Shown one piece after another: positions 1 to 13,091 of a stretch of 64,000 nt of DNA. Under the pieces are notes generated by a model. The model did not search any database, had not been told where the DNA came from, and worked only from the letters and a program-made list of their open reading frames with translations. Source of the stretch: Alloascoidea hylecoeti (taxonomy: Eukaryota); assembly GCA_001600815.1 (NCBI GenBank), contig BCKZ01000018.1:339974-403973 (forward strand), read 5' to 3'. A program made the translations under genes and the position numbers. Within the stretch, counting starts at the first letter, position 1. Each line of letters opens with the position of its first letter.

Positions 1-43
1 CAAATACGAGTTGAACATCCATTCAACTTAACATCAATTCAAA

Positions 44-1438
44 ATGTCTTTACCAAAATTATTGACTCAAATTTTGAAGAAACATCTCCATGAAATGTAT
101 ACAAATTTGAATAGAAAATTGCTTCTAGTCTGATAATCCCTAACTTTTTTTTTCTTTTTTTTCTTTTTTTTTTTGAACCTTCCAGTGATTCCTTTGAAAT
201 AATCAAATCTAGTCCTAGCTTTGAAGATTTAAAATTACCACAAGAACTAAATTATTCACCATTTATATTCATACCGGATGAACATTTACTAGCTATAAAC
301 AAAAGAAATCTTATAGAATTGTTTGTTGAATCAAGATCACAGTTTTGGGAATGTGCTGATAAACCAATTGATACATGTAAGAACATCTTAAATAGTGCTA
401 CTATAGGGTTATTGGTATCTTCTACCGAATTCACAACAATAATTAATGCTAGGTATGTTATTACTTTTCTACATTGATCATTCTTGAAACAATTATTAAT
501 CTTTGTCAAATAGGGCCTCTTTTATACTGCAAAATGAACTTGAGGAATTGTTATGGGATCTTCAATTCATTAATATTGTTGTGCATTCAAGAAATAATAA
601 GTTTAACAAATCACCATTATTATTTGAATATAAGAAAAGAATTACAAGTAAAATCCTTGAGATTTATATGGAGTCTTCGTATTCTTCTTCTATAAATTTT
701 AATACGTCAAAATTTGATATATTTAACTTTTTCATCATAGAAGTAGAAAATACACTTAAATCTGCTTCTAAGCATATTCATAATTATTATTGTTGGACGT
801 ATTTAAGATATTTAGTTTCAACTATATTATCTTTTTATAGCTGGCTTGATTATGATAAGGAGAAATTTCCATTAAAAGAAATAAAATTACACTGGAATAA
901 AATTAAAAAACCTATTGAAAACTGGTGTTTTCCAATAAATGAGAAAATAAAAAGAGATATTTCTGCGCAATCATTCTTTCTTGATTTTATATTATTTAAA
1001 CCATCTAAGAATATAATTAATTCTTTTTCAAAGTTATCATTTACTGATAAAAATAATAATAAAAAAAATATTATTATATCAGATCTTTTAAATGAGTTAT
1101 ACTATTCACAACAAGAAGTTTATGATTATTTATTAAATCTATGGGAAAAATATAATCAATTAATTGATATTGGTGTTGATATTAATAAATCAGAATCTGC
1201 TTTATTTCTTTTCAAAATTGCAATTGTTAAGCTTTATGTCAATGATTATAAAAAGGTTCTAGAGTTATTAAACCTAATTGCTTCCTCGTTTAATATTTCA
1301 GTTAATTGGTATAATAATAATATTGTTATAAATACCGAAAATAATTGTTCTATTGATAAACAGGATATTGGATATAAATCTGTTCTTTGGATTATTAAAA
1401 GAATTAACCACGCAAATTCCGGTCTAGGCTTGAAATGA
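44..1438 (+). CDS. ECM9: Protein prenyltransferase alpha-subunit repeat protein (Ecm9/PTAR1-like), 3 exons: 44-96, 186-452, 514-1438
   Basis: Introns 97-185 (GTATAC..CTAAC..CAG) and 453-513 (GTATGT..TAG) join into one frame. Motifs GLLVSSTEFTTIINAR, KFNKSPLLFEY and ASKHIHNYYCWTYLR resemble PTAR1/Ecm9 PFTA repeats. Confidence 0.7.
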
Positions 1439-1545
1439 TATAAAGATATAGAATTTCTTCGCTAACCTCGAACTCCTCATATGGAGTTTATAATTTTAAT
1501 AAATTTTTAGCTGTTGTTTGATTTTTTTTATCATACAGTAGTAAT

Positions 1546-1742
1546 TTTACTTAAATTCGGTCATAGTATGTAATAGTAGTCGGTCAATTTGATAAACAAT
1601 GATCGGACATATTTTGCACTTAATATCACCCAATTTTTATTTACGTAGTTTGACACGTAATGCTCCGATGTTTACAGTTGCAATTGGGCTATTTACTATT
1701 ATATATGAATTTAGTTAACCAAATGGCCGAAATTAAGTTAAC
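1546..1742. mobile_element. Putative MITE-like inverted-repeat relic
   Basis: ttacttaaattcggtcat (~1547-1564) and atggccgaaattaagttaa (1723-1741) are imperfect inverted repeats. A similar pair occurs at 61741-61873. Confidence 0.4.
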
Positions 1743-2247
1743 ATCATAAATTTTAAAGTTTATGTTATCTACTTGAGCTTGAACTATTAATCGAGTTTCT
1801 TTAAAAAAATAACTATGTATCCACAGTTATAGATACCTAATAACATGATAATAAAGGTTATTGTAAGTTTTGAACAGTAATAAAACAATGGGATAATCAT
1901 GAAATATATACTAATAAAAAGCTTATGATAGTTTAGTTTTATAATATAAATGAAAAAAAAAAATTATTTTTGCAAATAAAAACGAAGATAAATATAAATA
2001 TAAAAGCAAATAAAAATGGATAAACAGTGCGTGTGTATAGCTATATGATGAACCTTTCCCCACTTTTTTTGTGTATTTTTATACAACAACAGAATAAACA
2101 AAATAATATTAGTGATGATATGTTGGAGTAAAAGTTCTCCGCTTATTTTTTCCACACATTTACATCTTCATACAAGTTTAAATATCCTTTTTTTAGTCAG
2201 TAGTTCTTTTTATTAATTCTAAAATCTATTCTTTTTGTTTTTGTTGT

Positions 2248-2532
2248 TCACCAAATAGGCAAGAAATTTCCAACAATCATCATTGGTATATCAAAAACAT
2301 CTCTTTTAATTGTCCAAGTACAAGCAGTTCTTATTTTACCTTCATTAAATAAAGATGATGGTGAATTATATAAACTTCTATTATTTCTTAAATATTTTGA
2401 TGAATTTGAATTTGAGTTTGGATTTGAATTCGAATTATTGAGATTATTAGTACTTGTATTTGAACTTAAACCTAAATCTAGATTAGATTTTGATGTTGTT
2501 ATAGGAATTGGTAATTGTCCATTTTGATTTTG

Positions 2533-2592
<60 letters not shown>

Positions 2593-4350
2593 TTGTTGTT
2601 GTTGCTGTTGTTGTTGGCGTTCAATGAAATTTCGATTTCTAAAAGAATCTTTTAAAGCAACTTCAGGTCTTAATAGGGTACATTCAGTCATCATACCACC
2701 TCTTGAATCACCAAAAGCTAATTCTGAAAATACTTTAAAATATTCAATTACTGAATCATCATCCATTAATTCAACAATTAATCTTGGTCCATTATTTGAT
2801 TTATCATTATTATTAATAGAATTATTGTTTCTATTATCATTAGTGGTATTAGTATGATTATGATTATTATTATTATTCATTTGATTATTTATTTGATTAT
2901 TAGTTATTGAATTTTTATTATTCATTAAAATCCGATTACAATGTAATAATTGATTTTTTGACCAACCAGTTAATATACAAAATTCTTTCCCTACAGCAGC
3001 AATTTCACCAGTTCTTCTCCAAATAATAGTTGGAGTTGCACTAAAACCAATATATTTTTCATATTCTAATAAAGTTCTTTGAAAACATTTTTCCATAAAT
3101 AATAAATCTGAAGAATCTAAAGTTTGGGTTGTTGCGATGAAAGATGGTCTATATCTTGCTATGAATTTAACAACTTTATTAAGAGTCATTCTATCTAAAC
3201 GATGTGATAAGTAGGATAATAAGTAATGGAAACCTGCTGTATAAGGGAATGGAGCTGATATGATTCGATACACTCCACCACCGTACCCATTTTTAGAAGA
3301 ATTTAGATTTAAAGTTGTAATTCCATCAAGTGTATTTTGAATGTTTTGAGTATTAGGTGGATAAATACTTTGGTTAGGTATTGAAAGTTGCTGTTGTTGT
3401 TGATAATGATTATGATTTTGATTATGATTTTGATTATGGTTTTGATTTTGATTTTGATTTTGATTTTGATTTTGATTTTGATTTGGATTTGGATTTGGAT
3501 TTGGATTTTGATTTGGATCATTTTGTAGTAAATTCAAAGAAGATCTACCGGAATGTGATTGTGGATGAAGATAATTCAGATTTGAGATTGAGGAAGGGTC
3601 ATCGAAATGTAAAGTTGGAGAAGAACTGCTTCTATCAGCCAGCGACAACCCTGGTATCAATCTCCGCTCGTCGTCCGAGGAGAGAGCCGAGAGGCCTGGG
3701 GCCGAGGGAGTTTGGTGTTGGAGGTGGTTTGGGGTTGCGCCTAGGATATTTGAGATAATTTCGTACTCCAGATCAGCGGCTTTGGAATCGAAATTGCGCT
3801 GGGATTCACGCGACAGTTGGGACAGCTGCGACAGCTGCGACGCCGAGTGCTCCAGGGGGACAGACGACATGCGTGGCACCTGTAGCGGGGCGGGCACCGG
3901 GGGAGTGGGTTGTCCCTGCGTGGGTTGTCCCTGCGTGGGTTGGGGAGACGGGAGGGTCGAGGGATGCTCGTCAGCCAACAGGTACTTTGCCTTTTTCCGA
4001 ACACCATTCTGACAAGTGGCCGCGAGCCCCTTGCGTATACACGAGCGACACGGCCGCCCATCGTCACACGACAGATGCGACTTCTGGCAATTTGTGCACG
4101 CGCGACTGGACTTCTTGCGCTTCTTCCGCTGTAAAGGTTGGGACGCGGTGTTAGGGCTGGGTTGCCCGGCCTCCCATGCCGTCGGGTGCCCAGCAAGGTG
4201 TCCTGCCGGGTGCCCAGCCGGGTGCCCAGCCGGGTGCAGTTGGATCAGTGGACGCGGAGGGAGCTGCTGTATCTGTGCGGGAGGCGCTCGCCCGCCATCT
4301 TGGGTAGCTTGGGACGGGTGCTGTGCGGGTGGTGCGGAGGGCTCCGACAT
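2248..4350 (-). CDS. ERT1: Zn2Cys6 transcription factor with C-terminal PAS-like domain, gluconeogenesis regulator ERT1/AcuK
   Basis: Zinc cluster RACTNCQKSHLSCDDGRPCRSCIRKGLAATCQNGVRKKAKYL; motifs PFPYTAGFH, FMEKCFQRTLLEYEK and WTIKRDVFDIPMMIVGNFLP. First ATG is at 4350; the track start at 4368 is TTG. Confidence 0.9.
2521..2615. repeat. (TTA)n/(TTG)n microsatellite encoding poly-N/poly-Q in ERT1
   Basis: Long tta run followed by ttg/ctg triplets, seen directly. Confidence 0.95.
3405..3520. repeat. Hexamer microsatellites (TTTTGA)n and (TTTGGA)n encoding (NQ)n/(NP)n in ERT1
   Basis: Direct tandem repeats, seen directly. Confidence 0.95.
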
Positions 4351-4413
4351 TTTGGCAGATGGCTTCAAACGTTAGTGCTATTACTATGATTCAACTATGG
4401 AGGGGCAGGGTAA

Positions 4414-5574
<1,161 letters not shown>

Positions 5575-6905
5575 TTTTGTATATTTCAAAGTTATGCTGA
5601 TCTAGATCTAATTGATCTATAGAATTTTTTAGAATCCTTTTTTCTTTTTTTTTTTGTTATTTTTGCTCCATTCATAAAATGTTTTCAAGATATAATTTTT
5701 TTCATATATCATCATGATTTTAAAGTTACACGAAAAGAATTTATTTTTTAGATTAAACTTGAGTTTTCTTATTTAAGCGTGAGGGAAACCATTAAAACGC
5801 GATTATCTCGTCTAATGTTATAAATTTATGAAATTTAGATATGTTACTCCAGAAGATTCGATAAATAAATAGTATAGAAGAAGTCTTACATAATTATATA
5901 GGCAATTGGTGCAAACTCGCTCTTATATATATATATATATAGGAACACATGATTGTATGAAAAGCACCCACTCTTACGGATATTAGTCATCGGGTCAAAA
6001 ATTGGTCGGCGTAAAATAAAAAAATAAAAATCTACCATAGTTAAGAGCGAGTTTGCACCGATTGTTTGTTTGCACCAATGGAGGTCCAGTACGGGGGCTT
6101 TGTGTTTTCTCTTCATCTTCACCACTACCAATAATAATATTCGCATCGCTTATACAAGAATATACTACTTAATTATTACCATATTCTACATACAAACAAT
6201 GAAAGAATCCATTGATTTTGATAAAAATGTAAGTCTAATTTAATTAACTTGCTTTAAAACCACAATTTTTCTAAAAAACTTATATAGTTACCAAGTTCAA
6301 GTTTGTCGCTACCTCCCAATCTAGCTTTTCCGGACGTGCTTTTGAATCTTCGCCATAGTTATGATAATAATCTTAGCATTTTATTTTTTTGCCATATTTC
6401 CTACTCTCAAATGGAGGCAAAATGAGAGTCTTACCGAGTTAGGGTTTGACCATACAATTGTAATCAAAATAACGAGTTACGATTACAGAAAATCATAGGG
6501 TATCATGACAAATAGAGAAGTATACACACAGTACGACTTACCCCTATACAACGTTGAAAAGTCTGTTGATCAACCAAAAATGCAAATATTAAATTCAAAT
6601 TATAAAGAGAAGATACCCTTTGACCTCACGTACTAACAGCAGTCATATAAATACAGATAATACCTGCAACAATTAATGATTAATCTATTTGTACCGTTTA
6701 AAAATATCGAAGGGTACTATACCCCAGTTTTATGGTCTACTGGATGTTGCTGTTGATGATGATAGTGCTAATTGATCGTCTACTCAAAAACTTATTATAT
6801 TGCATAGACTAATTATACATGTTTATATAATAAATATACCAAACTTAAACAACTATATTTTAAACAGCATATAGCAACCGAAACTGACAATATTGTTTAT
6901 AAAAT

Positions 6906-8762
6906 CTATTGCCTATAAGGATGATAACCACCAGAACCTTTACCATATACACCTCTACCACGATGATGTCTTTGACGGTATCCACCACTACTGCCACCCG
7001 ATCTAGGTCCAGTAGGAGCGTTAAGAGGAGGTTGTGCCCCTTTGTTACTTGGTGATCTACTCCCAGAAGAATATGAACGGTTGTTGTATCCATTATTTTC
7101 ATAAGGTACTGGACCATTTCTTCCACGGCGTGAGTAACGATTACCATAACCATTATTATTATTATCGTTATTATTATTATAAAAACTTTCAGGTGCTTGA
7201 GGTGGCTCATGTTGGTTTTGATTTTGATTTTGGAAATCACCATTATCTGGTGCTTGACTATTAGAAGAATTTGAATTATTTTGATCATAATTCTCATTTC
7301 CACCATCTTGATTTTTATAATCACCATTATCCTCACCATGAGCTGAGCCAGTGTCACCGCCAAACCCTTGTCCATCACCGCCATTAGGAGATTGGCCTTG
7401 GACACTAGGCGATCCTTTCGCACCATATTGACCGTTAAATTGATTAGGATTATAGCCATTAAAACCACCTGGTGCGCCACCTGGTGCGCCACCTGGCATT
7501 CCTGGTTGCATTCCTGGTTGCATTCCTGGTTGTTGTCCACCACCCTGATTTTGATTAACCATCAACATTTGCATTTGTGCATAATAGTTTTGCATTCTTT
7601 GCCAATATTGTGCCATCATAGCTGGGTTCATATTAGTACCATATGGATTTTGAGGAGCAACAGGAGCATTAGCGCTACTCATTTGATCATTTCCATTCAT
7701 ATTTCCTCCATTATAATTATTGTAATTGTTATTGTTGCTTGAAGAATTCTGCTGTTGTTGCTGATGTTGTTGTTGAATTCTATGATCACTTCTGGATGTT
7801 CTTGGTTCAGCTCTTTTAATTTCAATTGCTTTACCTTTTAAAGTAAGAAACTGTTCTTGAGTTACTTTTTCAACAGCAAGTTCACTATCGAAAGTAACAA
7901 AACCAAAACCTCTTGATCTACCAGTATCCTTTTCAATCATTAATTGAGCATCAATTACTTTACCATATTTTTCAAAAAAATCACTAAATTCTGCTTGATT
8001 TACATCTGGTGCAATACCACCGACAAAGATTTTCCCTGTCTTATCTTGTTCCTCTCTTGGAATAGCTCTCTTTGGATCAATTATTTTACCATCAAGAATA
8101 TGCTCTTTAACCATAACAGCATTGACACACTTTGGATCTTTAAAAGTTAAGAAGCCGAATCCACGTGATCGTCCTGAAGCGGAATCTCTCATAATAGCAC
8201 AGTCAATTATTTCACCAAATTGTGAGAAATAACTTTTTAAATTCTCATCAGATGTATCCCAATTTAAACCTCCGATAAACATTTTACTAAACGTTTTATA
8301 GAGTAGTTAGTATATATCTGCGTATGTACAAATAATACGCTGTAAAAACATTACAAATCAATAATCATACCCTTCATCTTTCATAACAACACGTCTGTAT
8401 TCCTTTTCGGAAGAAGAATTATTATAGTTATCGTCCTGGCCCTGGCCACCCTGACTCTGATAAAAATTATTATTATTATCGTTATAGTCATTACTATTCT
8501 GCTGTGGCTCAGCAACAAATGAGGTCTGCTGCTGTTGAGCTGGTTGAAAAGTTTCTGAGGAAGGTTCGGGCTTCGATTGTTCCCGTTTTTCCTCTTTTGG
8601 CTCTTGTGCTGCTTCTTCTACCTTTGGGGAAGTATCATCTCCACTAAAAATTGAATAAAAAAATAATTAATTAGATACATGCAACTAAACCATAACGTAA
8701 GTTTCAAATTTAGATATTTACTAGATGTCTCCAAATTCATCATCATCATCAAAAGCTGACAT
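6906..8762 (-). CDS. HRP1: Double-RRM nuclear polyadenylated RNA-binding protein Hrp1, 3 exons: 8762-8722, 8643-8371, 8286-6906
   Basis: KDEG|KMFIGGLNWDT is restored by intron 8370-8287 (GTATGA..TAG); first intron 8721-8644 has a GTAAAT donor. Two RRMs, a Q/N/G-rich tail and C-terminal PY-NLS GYHPYRQ. Confidence 0.93.
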
Positions 8763-9311
8763 ATTTTCTTATTATTATTTTATTTTTATGTGTTCTGCTT
8801 AAATAAATTTAATATTTTATATTAATATAATTTTATCCGATTTAAAAAAAGGATAATTGTAAATATATTGGTAATAATATTATAACCAAACCAAATAGTT
8901 CTGATATATTGAGCTTTGCTATAAGACTATTTTAACGTATACCGCTAAATCTTTTGTATATGTGTATTTCTTATTTGTCACTTCTAGTAATAATACAAAA
9001 TGACTATAGCCTATCTTTCAGCAATATAGTAAAAATTTTCTTTTTTTCTTTCAATAATCTCCTCTCTTTTAAACAAAAAAAAGCTCAACTCACGACTGCT
9101 TTAAACACGTGTATAAACTAAATATAACTTCCTTGTCCGAAGAGTGTTTATGCTCACTTAAAATATTTCCAAAAATAAACCTGAAAAATATGCTCTAAAC
9201 TTATACTATTCTCACGAAATTCGTTGAAAATTATAGCGACCAATTGCAAATATAAAAGTGGGAGAGAAGAAAGAGGGAGGAAAAATAAAAAAAAAAGGAG
9301 TGTGTACAAAT

Positions 9312-9319
9312 TTACCCGG
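9312..9319 (+). promoter_or_regulatory. Reb1-type site TTACCCGG in the HRP1/TRM11 divergent promoter
   Basis: Exact Reb1 consensus. It also occurs at 10782-10789 and, reversed, at 31723-31730 upstream of RPS19. Confidence 0.5.
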
Positions 9320-9403
9320 CTTATATCGGTCTCATATTTACGCAGAGACGTTTATAGTTTTTCTCATGTCAAAAGGATATATTTTATTTGTATTTGTACA
9401 GGT

Positions 9404-10776
9404 ATGGAGTTTTTAATATTGTTATCACAAAGTCATCCCAATTTTAGGATTCCTGAGTTGGAATCTTTGGCAGATTTATATAATATTAAATTAGAAGTTA
9501 CAAACTATTTGGAAGAGGTAAATATACCAGTTTTATTTTGTATTGCCAGATTTAGCGGTATAATTTATTAACATCTTTTTAATGTCTCTAATAGAGCCCA
9601 TTTATAATTGTAAAATTAGATAGCATTGAATCAGCTCAAAAATTAATTAAAAGGACCATTTTATGCCGTGCAATTTATGAGTTATGGGGATCAGGAATTA
9701 ACTTACAATCACTTCATGAAAGTGTAAAAGAAAAATCTTCTAATAAGTGGATAATTTATAAGAATAGTTCTTTTAAATTTGACTTTATAGGTTATAAAGG
9801 ATCAAGAACGAAATCACAGCAAATCGAAATTATAGAATCATTTAAATATCTGGATTTTCAGGGTAAAATTAAAATGAAAACCCCAGATCAGGTATTTTCG
9901 GTGTTAGAAGAGTACGAAGTGTTTGGAAGGGAAGCAGCTACAATTCCCAAAAAGTTATGGTTTGGAAGATTAATACAAACAAGTGGTAGAGATGCAGTTG
10001 ATCAGTATGACTTAAAACGACGGAAATATATAGGTACCACTTCATTTGAGGCAGAGCTATCATTAGTTACAGCTAATATGGCACAGGTTGGTCCAGGGAC
10101 AATTATGTACGATCCTTTTGCTGGAACAGGTAGCTTTCTGGTTACAGGCGGAAAATTTGGAGCGCTTACTATTGGATCGGATATTGATGTCAGAGCTATC
10201 AAAGGAAAAGGAAATACTTCAATTAGTGCCAATTTCAAACAATATGGAACATCAAACAAGTTCTTAGATGTGATGACCATGGATTTTACACATAATTCTC
10301 TGCGTCCTTCATTCAAGTTAGATTCAATCGTTTGTGATCCTCCATACGGTGTTCGAGAAGGATTAAAAGTTTTGGGAACCAGATCCAAAGATGCAGAAGC
10401 TTTATTCGAGAGGGAAAAGAAAATTATAGAAGGAAAACAGGCATGTTTACGGCCAGATTATATCGCTCCTAAAAAGCCGTATGAACTAGATTTTTTATTA
10501 GACGATTTACTTGAATTTGCAGCCAATAACCTGAAAACTGGGGGGAGGTTATGTTTTTGGATGCCTACAGCCAACGAAGACTTTAAGGAGCATGACATTC
10601 CTTTACACCCCAAATTAGAACTTATATATAACTGTGTTCAGGAGTTCAACAAATGGTCTAGAAGATTACTAGTTTATGTTCGACGGGAGGCTGACTACAA
10701 CGGCCCCTCAGTGAGGGCACAGGAAAGGGCGTCTATTCCAGGATTCCGAGACAAGTATTTTTCTGGGTTTCACTAG
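9404..10776 (+). CDS. TRM11: tRNA (guanine-10-N2) methyltransferase catalytic subunit, 2 exons: 9404-9517, 9595-10776
   Basis: N-terminus QSHPNFRIPELESLA; intron GTAAAT..TAG; motifs YIGTTSFEAELS, DPFAGTGS and DPPYGVRE. Confidence 0.95.
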
Positions 10777-11201
10777 AATATTTACCCGGTCTTGAGGACT
10801 AGTAATATTCAGATTTCAGCTTTGTAAACTTGTAAAATTTTAGTATGGTACTAGTAGGTGTTTGCAATATAAATCTTCACAGTTTAAAATTTTTTTCGTC
10901 AAAATAAAATAAAAGTTCCAAGGATTCCATTACCGTTTTCAAAAAATAAAAGTGACACCCCGGGCTGATCCTCTGTAATACCACAAGCAACTTTTCAACT
11001 CAAAAGCTCAAGCAATAATCTATCTTGCAAATAATTTCTTTATAATTGTCCAACTTATGGCTGCTACCTCGGGCTATTCTACATTTCTTCTTCGCCAGAA
11101 CCTATAGAAGCAGAAGCGCGATACTTGGTTTTTATAGTTAAAAAAGAGATAACAAACAGCATTCTCGATCCTTGCAGTTAGTTTCTGAACTTAAATATAA
11201 A

Positions 11202-13091
11202 ATGAGTAGCGAAACTGACTCATCTCAAAATTCAACTCCAGTATTACTGCCATGTGAAACTCATCACAGTGGATCAAATTTGACTCTTCATGATCATAGA
11301 AAACAGCCAGAATCACTTCCAGTGAAAGTCGGATTTCAAAAGGATAGCTGTGCCAGTGACGTTGAAAATAATAAACGTGATGACGAATACAATGAGAATT
11401 CGGAAAAATGTCAGTCATATCCTTTAAAATCCCAACCCACCGATGATCATCAATCAACCTCAAAAAGCAATGAACGCCTAACTTCCTATACACATCTTAA
11501 ACCATCTGCTGATGTTCAGCAAAGGCCTTATCTTTCTTCCAAAAAACAAGGCAGCAGATTGGATAGGTCACTTTCGTGGATATCTGCACGGTCCTCTAAT
11601 TCAAAACGGTCCATACAAAGCCTCCATACTGAAACAGAAAAGGATGTTTGTTTTCCTGTAAAGCCAAAAAGTAGTGTTCTCAATGGTATCGACTTCAATG
11701 AAATTGTAGCTTTTTGTGAAGCTGATGGGAATAAAGAAGACTCTTCCGATGAAGAGTCAAGGGAATTTAAATTTAATAACTCTCTTTTCACTTCAGGTTT
11801 GAAAAATTCACAAAGCCATGGTGGGCCAAAAATCCTTCTTGGTGAGAATAATAATGAAGGAGATCTTTCTCCAAATGATCCTGGCAGAGGGGATGAAGGA
11901 ATCACATTTGGTGGAGCATATGAAGCAGGAATGTTGGAACAAGAAAGATTTTCTTTTTTTAGTACGGAAGCTGAAAATACTATTTATGCTTATGATTTTC
12001 CTTCGTTGGTAAATGAAGGCCAGTCGTTTAAAGAATTTTTTGAACAACAAAGCGGAACTTGGTGGTTGGATTGTTTCAGTCCTACAGATGCTGAAATGAA
12101 AATGTTAACAAGAGCATTTGGTCTTCATCCTTTAACTGCAGAAGATATCAGAGATCAGGAAACACGGGAAAAAATTGAACTTTTTAAATCTTATTATTTT
12201 GTTTGTTTTCATACATTTGATGATGATAAGGAATCTGAAAACTTTTTAGAACCTATCAATGTTTATATTGTTGTTTTTAAGGATGGTATTATGACGTTTC
12301 ACTATTCTCCGTTACATCATCCTACAAATGTGAGAAGAAGAATTAGACAGTTACATGAATATTTCGAAGTCTCTGCGGACTGGATATGCTACGCAATTAT
12401 TGATGATATTACAGATAGTTTTGGGCCCATTATTCGTAGCATTGAATATGAAGCAGATGCCATTGAAGATTCAGTATTTGTTGCAAGAGAAGCTGATTTC
12501 AGTTCCATATTACAGAGGATCGGGGAATCCAGACGATTGACAATGACATTAATTAGATTACTCTCTGGTAAAGCTGACGTCATAAAAATGTATGCAAAAA
12601 GGTGCAATGAACATTGGAATACAGTGCCTAAGAATGAAATAGTCATATATCTAAGTGATATTCAAGATCATATAGTTACAATGTTTCAAAATCTACTCGC
12701 TTATGAAAAAATCTTTTCGCGTTCTCATGCAAATTATTTGGCGCAATTACAGGTGGAATCTTTTAATGCCAACAACAGAACGACAGAGATTCTTAGTAGG
12801 GTGACGTTAATAGGTACAATTTTAGTTCCTCTAAACCTTGTGACTGGTTTATTCGGAATGAATGTAAAGGTACCTGGAATGGATGGCTCCAATCTGGGAT
12901 GGTTCTTTGGAATTATTGGATTTTTATGTTTTATCATCGTTATTTTTGCTATTATTGCAAAATATTGGCTTTTTAAACCACCCCCACAACCAGTTCCAGT
13001 GGTTTCTACACCTTATCATTTAAGACCAAGTTCCCTTTATTCGGCTAGGACCATTTCATCAAGTCCTGGTACAAATAGATTTGAATATTGA
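11202..13091 (+). CDS. ALR1: CorA-family Mg2+ transporter (Alr1/Alr2)
   Basis: WWLDCFSPTDAEMKMLTRAFGLHPLTAEDIR, the GMN signature (GLFGMNVKVPG) and two C-terminal hydrophobic helices. First ATG is at 11202. Confidence 0.9.
   Translation: MSSETDSSQNSTPVLLPCETHHSGSNLTLHDHRKQPESLPVKVGFQKDSCASDVENNKRDDEYNENSEKCQSYPLKSQPTDDHQSTSKSNERLTSYTHLKPSADVQQRPYLSSKKQGSRLDRSLSWISARSSNSKRSIQSLHTETEKDVCFPVKPKSSVLNGIDFNEIVAFCEADGNKEDSSDEESREFKFNNSLFTSGLKNSQSHGGPKILLGENNNEGDLSPNDPGRGDEGITFGGAYEAGMLEQERFSFFSTEAENTIYAYDFPSLVNEGQSFKEFFEQQSGTWWLDCFSPTDAEMKMLTRAFGLHPLTAEDIRDQETREKIELFKSYYFVCFHTFDDDKESENFLEPINVYIVVFKDGIMTFHYSPLHHPTNVRRRIRQLHEYFEVSADWICYAIIDDITDSFGPIIRSIEYEADAIEDSVFVAREADFSSILQRIGESRRLTMTLIRLLSGKADVIKMYAKRCNEHWNTVPKNEIVIYLSDIQDHIVTMFQNLLAYEKIFSRSHANYLAQLQVESFNANNRTTEILSRVTLIGTILVPLNLVTGLFGMNVKVPGMDGSNLGWFFGIIGFLCFIIVIFAIIAKYWLFKPPPQPVPVVSTPYHLRPSSLYSARTISSSPGTNRFEY

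Noticed and set aside
3309..4389. Many overlapping short ORFs (e.g. 3381-3758, 3741-4196, 4016-4375)
   Set aside because: They are alternative-frame or antisense products of the microsatellites and GC-rich segment within ERT1.
6199..6425. Possible small spliced ORF (ATG 6199, GTAAGT 6229..TAG 6287, ~55 aa)
   Set aside because: The branch point is weak and the product is unrecognisable; it cannot be supported without transcripts.
6860..7742. ORFs 6860-7543, 7034-7264 and 7368-7742
   Set aside because: They are shadow frames of the low-complexity HRP1 tail.
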